From contig CP054838.1 in NCBI GenBank assembly GCA_028768545.1, positions 632,727 through 696,726 of the forward strand: a stretch of DNA of 64,000 nucleotides, read 5' to 3'. This document shows, piece by piece, positions 1 through 9,316 of this stretch (within the stretch, counting starts at the first letter, position 1; every line of letters begins with the position of its first letter). The stretch is from Desulfobacter sp. (GTDB lineage Bacteria > Desulfobacterota > Desulfobacteria > Desulfobacterales > Desulfobacteraceae). The notes beneath the pieces were generated by a model, which was given only the letters and a program-made list of their open reading frames with translations, had not been told where the DNA came from and searched no databases. The translations under genes and the position numbers were made by a program.

Positions 1-138
1 GTTGGCAACCACCTGAAAGGTGCCGCCGGCAGGGCCGCCGCCGAAAACAACCCTTTCCATTTTTGCAAATGCAGACTGGGTAAATGCCATTGAAAGAACT
101 GCGATACACCCGATGATAAATAATTGCTTACCTTTCAT
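1..138 (-). CDS. TAXI-family TRAP transporter solute-binding protein, N-terminal part (runs off the window)
   Basis: Not in the ORF track. Translates to MKGKQLFIIGCIAVLSMAFTQSAFAKMERVVFGGGPAGGTFQVVAN: signal peptide plus the GGxxGGxF motif typical of TAXI proteins. RBS GGAGG upstream. Confidence 0.75.
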   Translation of the reverse strand, partial: MKGKQLFIIGCIAVLSMAFTQSAFAKMERVVFGGGPAGGTFQVVAN

Positions 139-265
139 ACGATCCTCCTGTTTTGGTGTTTAACGTAAACTGGCCATTTATACCGGATACCAGGGTAGCA
201 ATATGAAAGTCACGGATCAATGGGAGGTTTTCTGATTCTTGTGTAGGTAATTTTCTTACAAAGGG

Positions 266-1339
266 TTAAAAGGGCTGAACCATATTCCCTATCCTCCCCG
301 TTTCAACGGCCCCAAGAAACTCGGATCCCAGTGCCAGGCTTTTTTGGGCGACTTCCTGCCAGACTCTGGTGCGCAGCTCATCCTTCCCGTGGAAGCGGTT
401 AAAATCCTTGCGGTCCGGAATTCTGGCAAAGGGCAGTCCTGCCACAAACTCAGGAGAAGGGGCCACAAGGATGGTCCGGTCCATAATATCGCCCTGGGCC
501 CTGCGGTTGGGCAATGTCTTGTCAAACCAGCCCGGAATAATCTCAGGATAAAAATGGGGGTAGAGGATAAAGCCCTGTCTCTCCTTTAAAAGGGGAAATA
601 TTGGATGATAATCCAGAACGCCCCCGTCTCTGTAGGTACCCTTTTTTGCACCGGGGATATCTTTGATTCCATCCATGATAACGGGAATGGACCCGCTGGC
701 CAGAAGCGCCTGTTTAAAATTCTGTGAACTTAACCCTACCCTGTTTAGGGAAAGGCCGGTAAAATCCATGGGCCAGTCAAGGGCGCCGGGCACATGGAAA
801 AGGGTACGCTCAAAAAACAGAGACTGGGTATTTCTCGACAACAGATTCATGAGAAAGGCCGCGAGCATGGATGCCAGGAGCACACCCTTGTTTTCCAAGG
901 CCATGGGGCCTTTGCACTGAACGGCTGAAAACCCTAAATGTAAAAACGGGTTGGCAAGAATTTCACCTATTTTTTCTTTTCCAAGAAATTGATCAAAAAT
1001 CTTGAGAGATTCTTCGGTAATTTTTTCAGAGGTCACCCTGCCCTCATATTTCTGGCCGATATAGGCCTGTTTTAGACGGTCAAAGGCAGGGCCCGGATCT
1101 TTTTGAACTCCGGCAGCAAGTTTCCAGGCACCGATGGAGGTGCCGAACAGATAAATATCATGGGAGATAGGGTTCAGCCACTGGGAAAAAATCGCCCGGT
1201 CCAGGCCGTATATGGCCAGCCATTTGGCCGCACCTGAGGCTCCGAAAACGCCCAGAATATCTTCAGGAACGAGCCCCTTTTCCATGATATGGGTCCTTGC
1301 CGCTCTTCCGGCCCGTATGATAAGGGGGTTGGCCATCAA
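266..1339 (-). CDS. Patatin-like phospholipase family protein
   Basis: Gly-rich GASGAAKW loop, GTSIG nucleophile elbow and DGG motif. Confidence 0.75.
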   Translation of the reverse strand: MMANPLIIRAGRAARTHIMEKGLVPEDILGVFGASGAAKWLAIYGLDRAIFSQWLNPISHDIYLFGTSIGAWKLAAGVQKDPGPAFDRLKQAYIGQKYEGRVTSEKITEESLKIFDQFLGKEKIGEILANPFLHLGFSAVQCKGPMALENKGVLLASMLAAFLMNLLSRNTQSLFFERTLFHVPGALDWPMDFTGLSLNRVGLSSQNFKQALLASGSIPVIMDGIKDIPGAKKGTYRDGGVLDYHPIFPLLKERQGFILYPHFYPEIIPGWFDKTLPNRRAQGDIMDRTILVAPSPEFVAGLPFARIPDRKDFNRFHGKDELRTRVWQEVAQKSLALGSEFLGAVETGRIGNMVQPF

Positions 1340-2127
1340 TAGTCCCGGATCCTGTCCATATGATCAAATGCCACCTGGCCAAGCATGAGTCCTGAGGCCG
1401 GGGCAATGGTTTCAAGGGGGTAGGCGTTGCCCCCTGTCAGCGAGTCTTGAATTTGCCCAAGGGAAACGCTTCCCTTTCCCAGAGCGATGAGCTGTCCCAT
1501 GATCAAACGGATCTGGTGGCGTAAAAACCCTTTAGACCGGACCCTGTACACCCAGGTCTGGTCAGGAAAAAAGCTGGCTGAAAACTCTGTGTTTCGCTCA
1601 ATTTGGCTCACCAGAAGTTCACGTTTAAACCGGGTCCCAGGCCCGGGCTTTGTACAATATTGGACAAAATTATGAACCCCTTGGAACAGTCTTGCCCCTT
1701 TTTGCATCAAAGGGATATCCAAATCCGCCATAACGCCTGCCATGAACGGGGCGCAAAAGGGATGAATTTTTTCACCAAATGAAAAAAAATAAAGATACTC
1801 CTTTGTTTTCGGACTGTTGATAATATTGAACTTGGGCCCGACCTCTTCCACCTTAAGGGCCCGGATATCAGGGGGGAAATTCTGATTTATTTTTTTAAAA
1901 AACAGCGTCTGGTCAATGGGAGAGTCAATAAACAGTTCAAACACGGAATGAGCGGCCGAGACCATGGCATCGGTCCGGCTGGTGCCCAGAATTTTAAAAT
2001 CCAAGGGGTCCAGAACATATTCAAGGGTTTTGGCAACCATGGATTCAACGGTTTTGACCCCGGGCTGCCGCTGCCACCCGTGGAACCGGAACCCCAGATA
2101 CTGGATATGGATAAGATAGTACTTCAT
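1336..2127 (-). CDS. truA: tRNA pseudouridine(38-40) synthase TruA-like
   Basis: YLGFRFHGWQRQP, RTDAMVSA (catalytic Asp), GFLRHQIR and TIAPASGL motifs. Confidence 0.85.
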   Translation of the reverse strand: MKYYLIHIQYLGFRFHGWQRQPGVKTVESMVAKTLEYVLDPLDFKILGTSRTDAMVSAAHSVFELFIDSPIDQTLFFKKINQNFPPDIRALKVEEVGPKFNIINSPKTKEYLYFFSFGEKIHPFCAPFMAGVMADLDIPLMQKGARLFQGVHNFVQYCTKPGPGTRFKRELLVSQIERNTEFSASFFPDQTWVYRVRSKGFLRHQIRLIMGQLIALGKGSVSLGQIQDSLTGGNAYPLETIAPASGLMLGQVAFDHMDRIRDY

Positions 2128-2221
2128 TTTATAATTTAGTTATCAGGAAGGCGTCAGGAATGGCAAGCGCTTTTGTACCCTCCATATCAAAAGACCTTTA
2201 ACGCCTGTAGGGATCCGGGTC

Positions 2222-2713
2222 CTATTTCCACAGGGACCGGGTCATGGCCCCGGCCGTCACCAGCCTGACATCGTCAAAATAAATATCTCTGACCCGGGTC
2301 ATATCTTTCCATAAAATATCGTATCCCCGGCTGCCTTTGGCCCGCCTGATCTTTTTTTGCCAGATAAAAAGTTCTGACTCAGTTGCCGGCCTGAGTTCTC
2401 CCACCCGGCCGTATAGGCGCAGGCCCGGAGGCGAATGAAATACCCCTTTTCTCAAGGCCCTGAACCAATAAAAAAATCCTGTATTAACCGTCATCACGGC
2501 CACCCGGTCCGAGGTTTGAAAATTTTTGGGCATCTTTTCAGGAAACCGCTCAAAGAAAAACCCTTGGCACGCCTCCGCCAGAATCAGGGAACCAATGGGA
2601 GTGATATGGGGATTGCCCGCCTTGTCCACCGTGGCAAAGGCACAATAACTGGATTTTTTAATATTGTTTTGAAATTCCTCCCTGATCTCCTGCCAATGAT
2701 CTTTGATATTCAT
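2222..2713 (-). CDS. Pyridoxamine 5'-phosphate oxidase-like FMN-binding protein
   Basis: FATVDKAGNPHITPIGSL is typical of the split-barrel FMN-binding family; 163 aa. Confidence 0.7.
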   Translation of the reverse strand: MNIKDHWQEIREEFQNNIKKSSYCAFATVDKAGNPHITPIGSLILAEACQGFFFERFPEKMPKNFQTSDRVAVMTVNTGFFYWFRALRKGVFHSPPGLRLYGRVGELRPATESELFIWQKKIRRAKGSRGYDILWKDMTRVRDIYFDDVRLVTAGAMTRSLWK

Positions 2714-2825
2714 TAGGACCTCCTTGAACCGGATTATAAATAACCACTATCCTTTAAATCTTATTTTTTCTGTATTTTTAGAAAAAAATTACCCTTAAGT
2801 CAAGAAAAAAATCAATTTGTAATGG

Positions 2826-2985
2826 GCAAAAAAAAGAGATCACCCCAGGGTCGCCACCATCAAAAAAAATTTCAATTGCCAAAAGGCGCAGGCCCGAAGG
2901 GGTAGGCTCCGAGAGTAACGCCCTGATAGATAGGAAATAGCGCCTTTAATAGTCTTTAGCGTCTCCTGGGGATTAACAAGAAAGG
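2826..2985 (-). ncRNA. Candidate structured non-coding RNA of unknown class
   Basis: Nested long-range pairings (2843-2849 with 2965-2971; 2882-2889 with 2940-2947), a cUUCGg tetraloop and a 3' U-run on the minus strand. No match to a family I recognise. Confidence 0.35.
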
Positions 2986-3061
2986 ATCTTAAAAAAAAAC
3001 CGGGGGGCAACCGCCGACATATTTCACGAATCGGTTCTGCTTTAGCTGCAAGGCCCCAGGG

Positions 3062-3841
3062 TCAAAGAATTTGGGAAAGGGACTCAAGAACATGGGAAAA
3101 TCGTTGACCTTCCCTGGAGTGGGATTTATAAAAATCAAGAGCGGATTGAACAAGGTCAAGCACCTCATCCTGGGACAAAATCCCCGGCACTTCCATGCCC
3201 AGGCGGGGATGGCGGCCAAGCCGTCCTCCGAGAAGCACCCGGAATCCGTTTTTTGCCTCTTCCAGGGTGGCCGTAGGGCAGAGGCCAATACATTTGCCGC
3301 ATGCCAGGCAGGCCTGGGCGTCAATTTCAGGCCCTGAATCACAGAGGACAATGGCCTTTTCAGGACAGGCAGTTTCACACTCCCGGCAAAATGAACAGGG
3401 CTGGTCACTGATCCCAGGCAGGCTTGCACCAATAATGCCGATATCCGAAATCTGGGGGCGGGAACAGGCATTGGGGCAGTCGGAAATACAGACTCGAAAC
3501 TCGTGGTGAAATTTAAGGTCGCCTTTAACCCGGGACTTTAAAAACCCGAGGATATCCGCCTCTTCCATGAGATTCTGGATCTTTTTCAGCAGCAGGCCCG
3601 ATGGGGCCACAGCGTTGGGGCAGTCCTGGGTACCGAAGCAGGCAAAGACATCATATCCTTTGATCTCCTTTTCCATGCCCCCCTTTGAGAGAAACTTTTT
3701 TTTCAGGGCAAGGAGATCCGCGAGAACGACCCGCTCCCTTCCCCTGTCCTCTACAAAGGTTTCAACTCTTTTTTTCACCTTTTTCCGGACAAAGAAAGGG
3801 ACGGTTTTAATGGCCGTTTGGGCATCCTGCTCCCAGATCAC
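3062..3841 (-). CDS. Small nitrite/sulfite-reductase-like Fe-S protein (PCP_red-like N-terminus, siroheme/4Fe-4S Cys motif, ferredoxin insert)
   Basis: N-terminal WEQDAQTAIKTVPFFVRKKVKKRVE; C-x5-C (CFGTQDC) and C-x3-C (CPNAC); two CxxCxxCxxxCP motifs; GGRLGRHP. Confidence 0.75.
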   Translation of the reverse strand: MIWEQDAQTAIKTVPFFVRKKVKKRVETFVEDRGRERVVLADLLALKKKFLSKGGMEKEIKGYDVFACFGTQDCPNAVAPSGLLLKKIQNLMEEADILGFLKSRVKGDLKFHHEFRVCISDCPNACSRPQISDIGIIGASLPGISDQPCSFCRECETACPEKAIVLCDSGPEIDAQACLACGKCIGLCPTATLEEAKNGFRVLLGGRLGRHPRLGMEVPGILSQDEVLDLVQSALDFYKSHSREGQRFSHVLESLSQIL

Positions 3842-4578
3842 GAGAGAATCTCTCCCCTGGCTGAGACCACCACCTCTTCGAAGGGGATATCCATGGCCGA
3901 TTTTTCCAGGGCCTTTTTAATGATTCCGGCTATGCCGGAACAGCAGGGGACTTCCATGACCACCGCAGTAATGCTCTTGATGCCGGACTGGGCAAAAATC
4001 TGGGCCAGCTTGTCAACATAGGCCTGGGCATCGTCAAACTTGGGGCAGCCGATCATCACGGCCTTTCCCGTAAGGAAATCCGCATGAAAACGAGGATAGG
4101 CCACAGGCACACAGTCTGCTGCGATCAAAAGATCTGCATTTTTTAAAAACGGCGCCCCTGCAGGGACCAGGTGAATCTGAACCGGCCAGTGCCCAAGGGC
4201 GGAAGGCCCTCCGGGGGCAACCGTCCGCGCTTTTGAGGCACACTTGCACTCATGGCCTGCAGGCTCGGCTGTGGGAAATACTTTCAAGGCCGCAGAAGGG
4301 CAGCCTGAATGGGGCGCTTCTGCTTGCTTTTTCTGCTGTTTGAGCAGTTCTTCCACAGCCTCTTCGTCAAACTCATCAGCTTCTCTTTCCACGATGGTAA
4401 GGGCATCCTGGGGACAATCCCCTATACAGGCCCCAAGACCGTCGCAGTATTTATCAGCCACCACCCGGGCTTTGCCCTCAATGATCTGAATCGCCCCTTC
4501 GGCACAGGACAGCACACAATTACCGCAGCCGTCGCATTTTTCATCGTCAATTTCAATTATTTTTCGCACAACTTTCAT
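3838..4578 (-). CDS. 4Fe-4S ferredoxin-domain protein of the type linked to hcp loci
   Basis: CDGCGNCVLSC and CDGLGACIGDCP clusters; C-terminal WPVQIHL...ADC...GCPKFD...MEVPCC. Confidence 0.85.
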   Translation of the reverse strand: MKVVRKIIEIDDEKCDGCGNCVLSCAEGAIQIIEGKARVVADKYCDGLGACIGDCPQDALTIVEREADEFDEEAVEELLKQQKKQAEAPHSGCPSAALKVFPTAEPAGHECKCASKARTVAPGGPSALGHWPVQIHLVPAGAPFLKNADLLIAADCVPVAYPRFHADFLTGKAVMIGCPKFDDAQAYVDKLAQIFAQSGIKSITAVVMEVPCCSGIAGIIKKALEKSAMDIPFEEVVVSARGEILS

Positions 4579-4616
4579 TTTATATCTCCCCAGGGAAATC
4601 CCTGTTAATTACGATT

Positions 4617-5351
4617 TTAATCTTCCTGGATCAAAACTTCTTTGGCTAGAACACGGCCGGAATCCGTTAAAAATAAACGATCTATTTTAGCTGAAAACTC
4701 TTTTGAATCAACGTTTTGATGCTTGCCGCACTCGACCATATTGGTCAGCATGTCTGCATCATAAACCACCTTGAAATTCATGGTTTCATTCTCCAGAGGA
4801 TGATGGTGGCGGCCGATGATATCGCAGACTTCACTGACCAGACCTTGTTTGGCCCCCAGTTTTTCCATGATCCTTTTTGCCACTGGCGGCCCCTCTTCTT
4901 CCTGGTGTTTGGCAGCTGAGGAGTTGTATTTTTCCTCGGCATTTTTAATGCCGATGTCATGGAGATAAGCCGCACAAAGGACCACAGCCAGGTTGGCCTT
5001 TTTAATTTTTCCAATCTTTTCCGCATGCCGGGCCACCTTGACGGCATGGCCGATGCGTTTAAAATCCTTGCCAAAGTACCGTTTCATCTCAACGGCCACC
5101 CGGTCCTTGAGCAAGTCTTCCTGCTGGCCCACAAACTCTTCGGGAAGGCTGCCCAGGCATTGTTCGGCAAACTGGCAATAGGAGGCGCACCCGAAATCCA
5201 TTCGGGGATTGACGATCTTTTTTTTGCAATTGGGGCAGCGTCGGGTGGCATCGTCCTTGAAAAACTCCATGGAATGGCCGCATTCAGGGCAATTGGTTTC
5301 AAAAATAGCATCTGGATTCCAGTATTGGGTATCTTGTCCCGGACATTTCAT
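4617..5351 (-). CDS. HD-domain phosphohydrolase with Cys-rich N-terminal domain
   Basis: Likely start MKCPGQD. CPEC, CPNC and CxxxCxxxxxC motifs, then H...LHDIG...HHHP...YDAD. Confidence 0.75.
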   Translation of the reverse strand: MKCPGQDTQYWNPDAIFETNCPECGHSMEFFKDDATRRCPNCKKKIVNPRMDFGCASYCQFAEQCLGSLPEEFVGQQEDLLKDRVAVEMKRYFGKDFKRIGHAVKVARHAEKIGKIKKANLAVVLCAAYLHDIGIKNAEEKYNSSAAKHQEEEGPPVAKRIMEKLGAKQGLVSEVCDIIGRHHHPLENETMNFKVVYDADMLTNMVECGKHQNVDSKEFSAKIDRLFLTDSGRVLAKEVLIQED

Positions 5352-5438
5352 GGGGCCTCCTTTTCCATGTCCGGCCAGAGGGCCGGGCATTCATACGTTT
5401 GGTAAGCCGGGCAGGCCGAGCCTGCCCGGCAGTTTAAC

Positions 5439-7082
5439 TTATTTGCCTGCCATGATGGCAGCCACATCTGAATCCGCGTCTGTAATGGGTTTGATATCAA
5501 AATTTTCCACCAACACATTCAAGACCGCAGGAGATACAAAGGCGGGAAGAGTGGGTCCAAGACGGATCCCTTTCACACCCAGAGAAAGCAGGGCCAGAAG
5601 TACGGCAACCGCTTTCTGCTCATACCATCCAATGTCAAAGGACAGGGGCAGTTCATTAATATCTTCCAGACCGAATACCTCTTTGAGTTTTAAGGCAATC
5701 ACGGCCAGAGAGTAGCAGTCGTTGCATTGGCCCGCATCCAGGACCCTGGGAATCCCGCCGATGTCCCCGAGATTAAGCTTATTGTACCGGTACTTGGCGC
5801 AGCCGGCAGTCAGGATGATGGCATCCTGGGGCAATTTTTCAGCCACTTCCGTGAAATATTCGCGGCTCTTATGGCGGCCGTCACAGCCGGCCATGACCAC
5901 AAACCGCTTGATGGCGCCGGATTTTACCGCATCCACCACCTTGTCGGCCAGGGCAAGGACCTGGTTATGGGCAAATCCGCCCACAATCTTACCGGTCTCA
6001 ATTTCAACCGGCGCTGCACAGGTTTTGGCCTGCGCCACGATCTCTGAAAAATCTTTTGCTCCCCCGTCTGCCCGGTCCGCAATATGGGTGGCCCCCGTGT
6101 AAGAAGGCACCCCTGTGGTATAAAGGCGATCCAGGTAGGTGTTTTTCTTTTTTAAAGGCACGATGCAGTTGGTGGTCATGAGGATGGGGCCGTTAAAAGA
6201 CTCAAATTCCTCATTCTGATGCCACCAGGATCCACCGTAATTACCCTTAAGATGGTCGTATTTCTTAAAGGCCGGATAATAGTTGGCCGGGAGCATTTCC
6301 CCGTGGGTGTATACATCCACGCCCGCACCTTCAGTTTGTTTGAGCAGCTCTTCCATATCCTTAAGATCATGGCCTGAAATTAATATTCCAGGATTTTTAT
6401 CCACGCCGATATTGACTTCGGTAATTTCCGGATGCCCGTAGGCGCTGGTATTTGCCTCATCCAGGGCTGCCATGGTGGTGACGGTGACTTCCCCGCATTT
6501 TAATACCATGCCGACCATCTCATCCACGCTCAGCTCTTTTGTGGTGGAGGCCAGACCTTCATAGAGAAAAGTCCAGATCTCTTCTTTTTTTACACCCAGG
6601 ACCGCGGCATGATCGGCATAGGCTGACATTCCCTTAAGACCCAGGATCAACAGTTCCCGCAGGGATCTCACATCCTCATTGTCCGAGGCAAGGACCCCTA
6701 CGGTCTCAGCCTTGGCCTGGAAGGTTGCAACATCATTGGAAAACCAGGTGGCGCTGTCGTGAAGGTCTGATCCGATCTTATCGCCGGCAGCCTGGGCCAA
6801 CTCTTTTTTCACAGCCTGGGCCCGGTTGATCCACTGCACCAGGTTTTCATCGTTGAAATTGGCATTGGTAATGGTGGTGAACAACCCCTGGGCAATAAAT
6901 TCAGCCGCAGAATTGGGCACATCGACCCCGGCAGCCTTGGAGGCTTGAGCAATTACGGCAATTCCCTTGAGGTTAAAAATCAGAAGATCCTGAAGGTTTG
7001 CTGTTGTATTTTCTTTTCCGCACATCCCCTTGATGGTGCATCCGGTATTTTTCTGTGCTTCCTGACATTGAAAACAAAACAT
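5439..7082 (-). CDS. hcp: Hybrid cluster protein (hydroxylamine/NO reductase)
   Basis: MFCFQCQEA...[11 protein letters not shown]-terminal cluster; [26 protein letters not shown] and WYEQK motifs. Confidence 0.97.
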   Translation of the reverse strand: MFCFQCQEAQKNTGCTIKGMCGKENTTANLQDLLIFNLKGIAVIAQASKAAGVDVPNSAAEFIAQGLFTTITNANFNDENLVQWINRAQAVKKELAQAAGDKIGSDLHDSATWFSNDVATFQAKAETVGVLASDNEDVRSLRELLILGLKGMSAYADHAAVLGVKKEEIWTFLYEGLASTTKELSVDEMVGMVLKCGEVTVTTMAALDEANTSAYGHPEITEVNIGVDKNPGILISGHDLKDMEELLKQTEGAGVDVYTHGEMLPANYYPAFKKYDHLKGNYGGSWWHQNEEFESFNGPILMTTNCIVPLKKKNTYLDRLYTTGVPSYTGATHIADRADGGAKDFSEIVAQAKTCAAPVEIETGKIVGGFAHNQVLALADKVVDAVKSGAIKRFVVMAGCDGRHKSREYFTEVAEKLPQDAIILTAGCAKYRYNKLNLGDIGGIPRVLDAGQCNDCYSLAVIALKLKEVFGLEDINELPLSFDIGWYEQKAVAVLLALLSLGVKGIRLGPTLPAFVSPAVLNVLVENFDIKPITDADSDVAAIMAGK

Positions 7083-7164
7083 CTGGCATTCTCCTTATAT
7101 TATAGTGATAAACAATTCGCCTTTACATCCTGGCATGAACTTACTATAGGAAAAGACAAAAAAC

Positions 7165-7180
7165 CTTGACCTGGATCAAG
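7165..7180. promoter_or_regulatory. HcpR/FNR-type operator CTTGAC-CTGG-ATCAAG
   Basis: TTGA-N6-TCAA palindrome between divergent hcp and hcpR, centred at -41.5 relative to a minus-strand TAAGTT -10 hexamer (7143-7138). Confidence 0.7.
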
Positions 7181-7254
7181 ACGGATAAAAAAACTTATTT
7201 TTTTTATTGAGCGATAAAATTACGAACTGAAAGGTATATCCTATCACTAAACTA

Positions 7255-7968
7255 TTGAAATCCATACCCCTTTTTTCAGGATTGTCTTCTGATCAGCTTG
7301 AAAAAATAACCGGCCTGGCCAAAGAAAAGAACTTTTCCAAGGGAGAATTTATTTTCCAGGAAGGGGAAAAAGGAGACGGGTTTTATATTGTGGCCAAGGG
7401 CAAAATAAAGGTGTTCAAAATCTCCTTTGAAGGAAAGGAACAGATCCTCCATATTTACGGCCCCGGGCACACATTCGGCGAAGTGCCGGTATTTGAAGGT
7501 AAAAACTTTCCCGCCTCGTCAATGGCCATTGAACCGAGCCTTATTTTATTTCTGCCCAGAAATTTATTTGTCAAACTGATCACCGACTCCCCTGCCCTTG
7601 CCATGGGCATGCTGGCCGATCTTTCCAAGCGGCTGCGGGCCTTTACCGTCCAGATCGAAAATTTAAGCCTCAAAGAGGTACCGGCACGGCTTGCCGCCTA
7701 TATCATCACCCTGGCCCGGGAAACCGCTTCAGACTTGGGGCAGGACAACACAAGCCAAACCTTTGACGATACCACCGCCCTGCCCGGCAAAGTCACCCTG
7801 CCGATTTCCAAGGCCCAGCTGGCCAACCTCATCGGCACCACCCCGGAAACCATCTCCAGAATACTTAAAAAAATGGCCGATGCCGGCTTGATCATTGTTC
7901 AGAATAAAGACATCCTGATCCTGGATATGGACGGGTTGAGCGAACTCTCTGATCTGGGGCGGCTATAG
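7255..7968 (+). CDS. hcpR: Crp/Fnr-family regulator, HcpR-like
   Basis: cNMP-binding domain (GHTFGEVPVF) and C-terminal HTH (LANLIGTTPETISR); divergent from hcp; TTG start. Confidence 0.85.
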   Translation: MKSIPLFSGLSSDQLEKITGLAKEKNFSKGEFIFQEGEKGDGFYIVAKGKIKVFKISFEGKEQILHIYGPGHTFGEVPVFEGKNFPASSMAIEPSLILFLPRNLFVKLITDSPALAMGMLADLSKRLRAFTVQIENLSLKEVPARLAAYIITLARETASDLGQDNTSQTFDDTTALPGKVTLPISKAQLANLIGTTPETISRILKKMADAGLIIVQNKDILILDMDGLSELSDLGRL

Positions 7969-7970
7969 CA

Positions 7971-8064
7971 TTGATGAACCCGTAAAAAGTCCAACCGACG
8001 GCTAAGTAAAAATCTTCGCCTCCAAGGCATGGGGTTTGGTCAGGGGTGAAGGCATACATAATAG
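7971..8064. repeat. Possible half of a palindromic MITE-like repeat, truncated by IS6
   Basis: TTGATGAACCCGTAAAAAGTCC...GGGGTGAAGGCATACATAATAG resembles intergenic repeats I recall from Desulfobacterota. It ends exactly at the IS6 IR. No second copy in the window. Confidence 0.3.
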
Positions 8065-8904
8065 GGTTCTGTTGCAAAAAATATTTCCAGGACAAAGAGA
8101 TCGTTCAGGCGTAAAATTTACGCAGCATAAGAAAACAGATTTTCGACGAATTCTTTCTGCTTTAAAATTTCTCCCTTCCTAATATTTTTAACTTGTCCTT
8201 TTCTGATCATGTTCATAATTTCATAGCCTTTTAGCGTCCGCCAGGCAGAATGAAATGTCTTGAACCCCATACCAGCTCTGACAAGCTTTTTGATAAACCG
8301 GTGGTCTTGCTCAATAATATTGTTCAGATATTTATTCTGTCTTAGGATACAGTCCTTATTCAGAAGCTTTTTTTTCTTTCAAAGCCTTTACTGCCGGAGG
8401 ATATGCAGGATTTCCGTCAACACTCAGAACCCGAGGTCTGGAGCTATTGGAAGCTCGCAGCATCTTTTTAAAAAATCGTTTGGCAGATTCCATATTACGT
8501 CTGCTGCGAAGAAGAAAATCGATGGTATTTCCACGGGAATCGACCGCTCGGTAAAGATACTTCATTTTTTCCCCCGCACCTTGATATATGTTTCATCAAT
8601 ACGGTAAGAATCATTTGATTGCCGCAGATACTTCCTGCTTCGCTTTTCCATTTCAGGAGCATAGCGCTGAACCCATCGGTAAATGGTACTGTGATCCACA
8701 GACAAGCCCCGTTCTTGCATCATCTCTTCCAGATTCCTGTAACTCAGTTGATATCTCAGATACCAGCGAACATTCAACAGGATGATTTCTTTTTCATAAT
8801 GACGCCACTTGAAAGGGTTTTCATTTTTCATACTATCTCTCTGCAAACAAATTAGTGCCAAAACGGACTTGTATCAGACATTAATAATTTTTTGCAACAA
8901 AACC
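8065..8904 (-). mobile_element. IS6-family element, copy 1 (transposase frameshifted)
   Basis: IRs GGTTCTGTTGCAAAAA / TTTTTGCAACAAAACC. Same sequence as the other two copies except +2 T at about 8565-8570 and +1 T at about 8368-8375. No TSD. Confidence 0.95.
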
Positions 8905-9217
8905 GACTTGTGCTCCTGAAGATGGAAATAAACCAAAGCATTTATCTGGTCTTCGAATGTCATTTTTAAAGGGCGGTCTCCTCGAGATTGTAATTCCGGT
9001 GCTTTTAAAAGTAACTTTATCAGAGGGCACCTGAAATTGTCAAAGTTCAGGGACCGTAGTTGTTTTTTAGGGACTGAGATGTGCGTCATTTGAGCTCCTT
9101 GAGTTAAATTTTCAAGGCGCACAAAAATTTTTACGCACATTTGTCAACACAAAACAGACTGTTTTTTCAATGATTTTAGATGCTTTTTATATGCAACAAC
9201 CTAACCGGACACTACTG
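8905..9217 (-). mobile_element. IS4-family element, 5' fragment
   Basis: Nearly identical to 49048-49360, including the IR CAGTAGTGTCCGGTTAGGTT; cut by IS6. Confidence 0.9.
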
Positions 9218-9316
9218 ACAAAATCTATAACGCGTTTGCGTAAATCTGATGAATATCTCATGGGGAAAATATAAGTTGTATAAATCCTTGTTCAAGTAAT
9301 TGTTTGCTCTGCTATA
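9218..9316 (-). mobile_element. IS630-family left-end stub
   Basis: Minus strand from 9261 reads MRYSSDLRKRVIDF, an IS630 HTH-type start. A TA dinucleotide lies at the junction with the flanking gene. Confidence 0.6.

Noticed and set aside
2900-2950. Resemblance of the candidate RNA to TPP, Moco or SAM riboswitches, hammerhead ribozyme or 6S RNA
   Set aside because: Only short fragments match (CCUGAU, CUCCGAG, CUGAU..GA..GAAA). Core helices and spacing do not fit and the orientation is wrong for a leader.
7130-7145. TGGCATGAACTTACT as a sigma54 promoter for hcpR
   Set aside because: It mismatches the -12 GC, overlaps the better-supported hcp -10, and no enhancer-binding protein gene is nearby.
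8356-8861. IS6 copy 1 and IS256 copy 3 frameshifts as biological regulation
   Set aside because: All are 1-2 nt changes in homopolymer runs that are absent in sister copies. They could be sequencing errors or slippage and cannot be resolved without reads.
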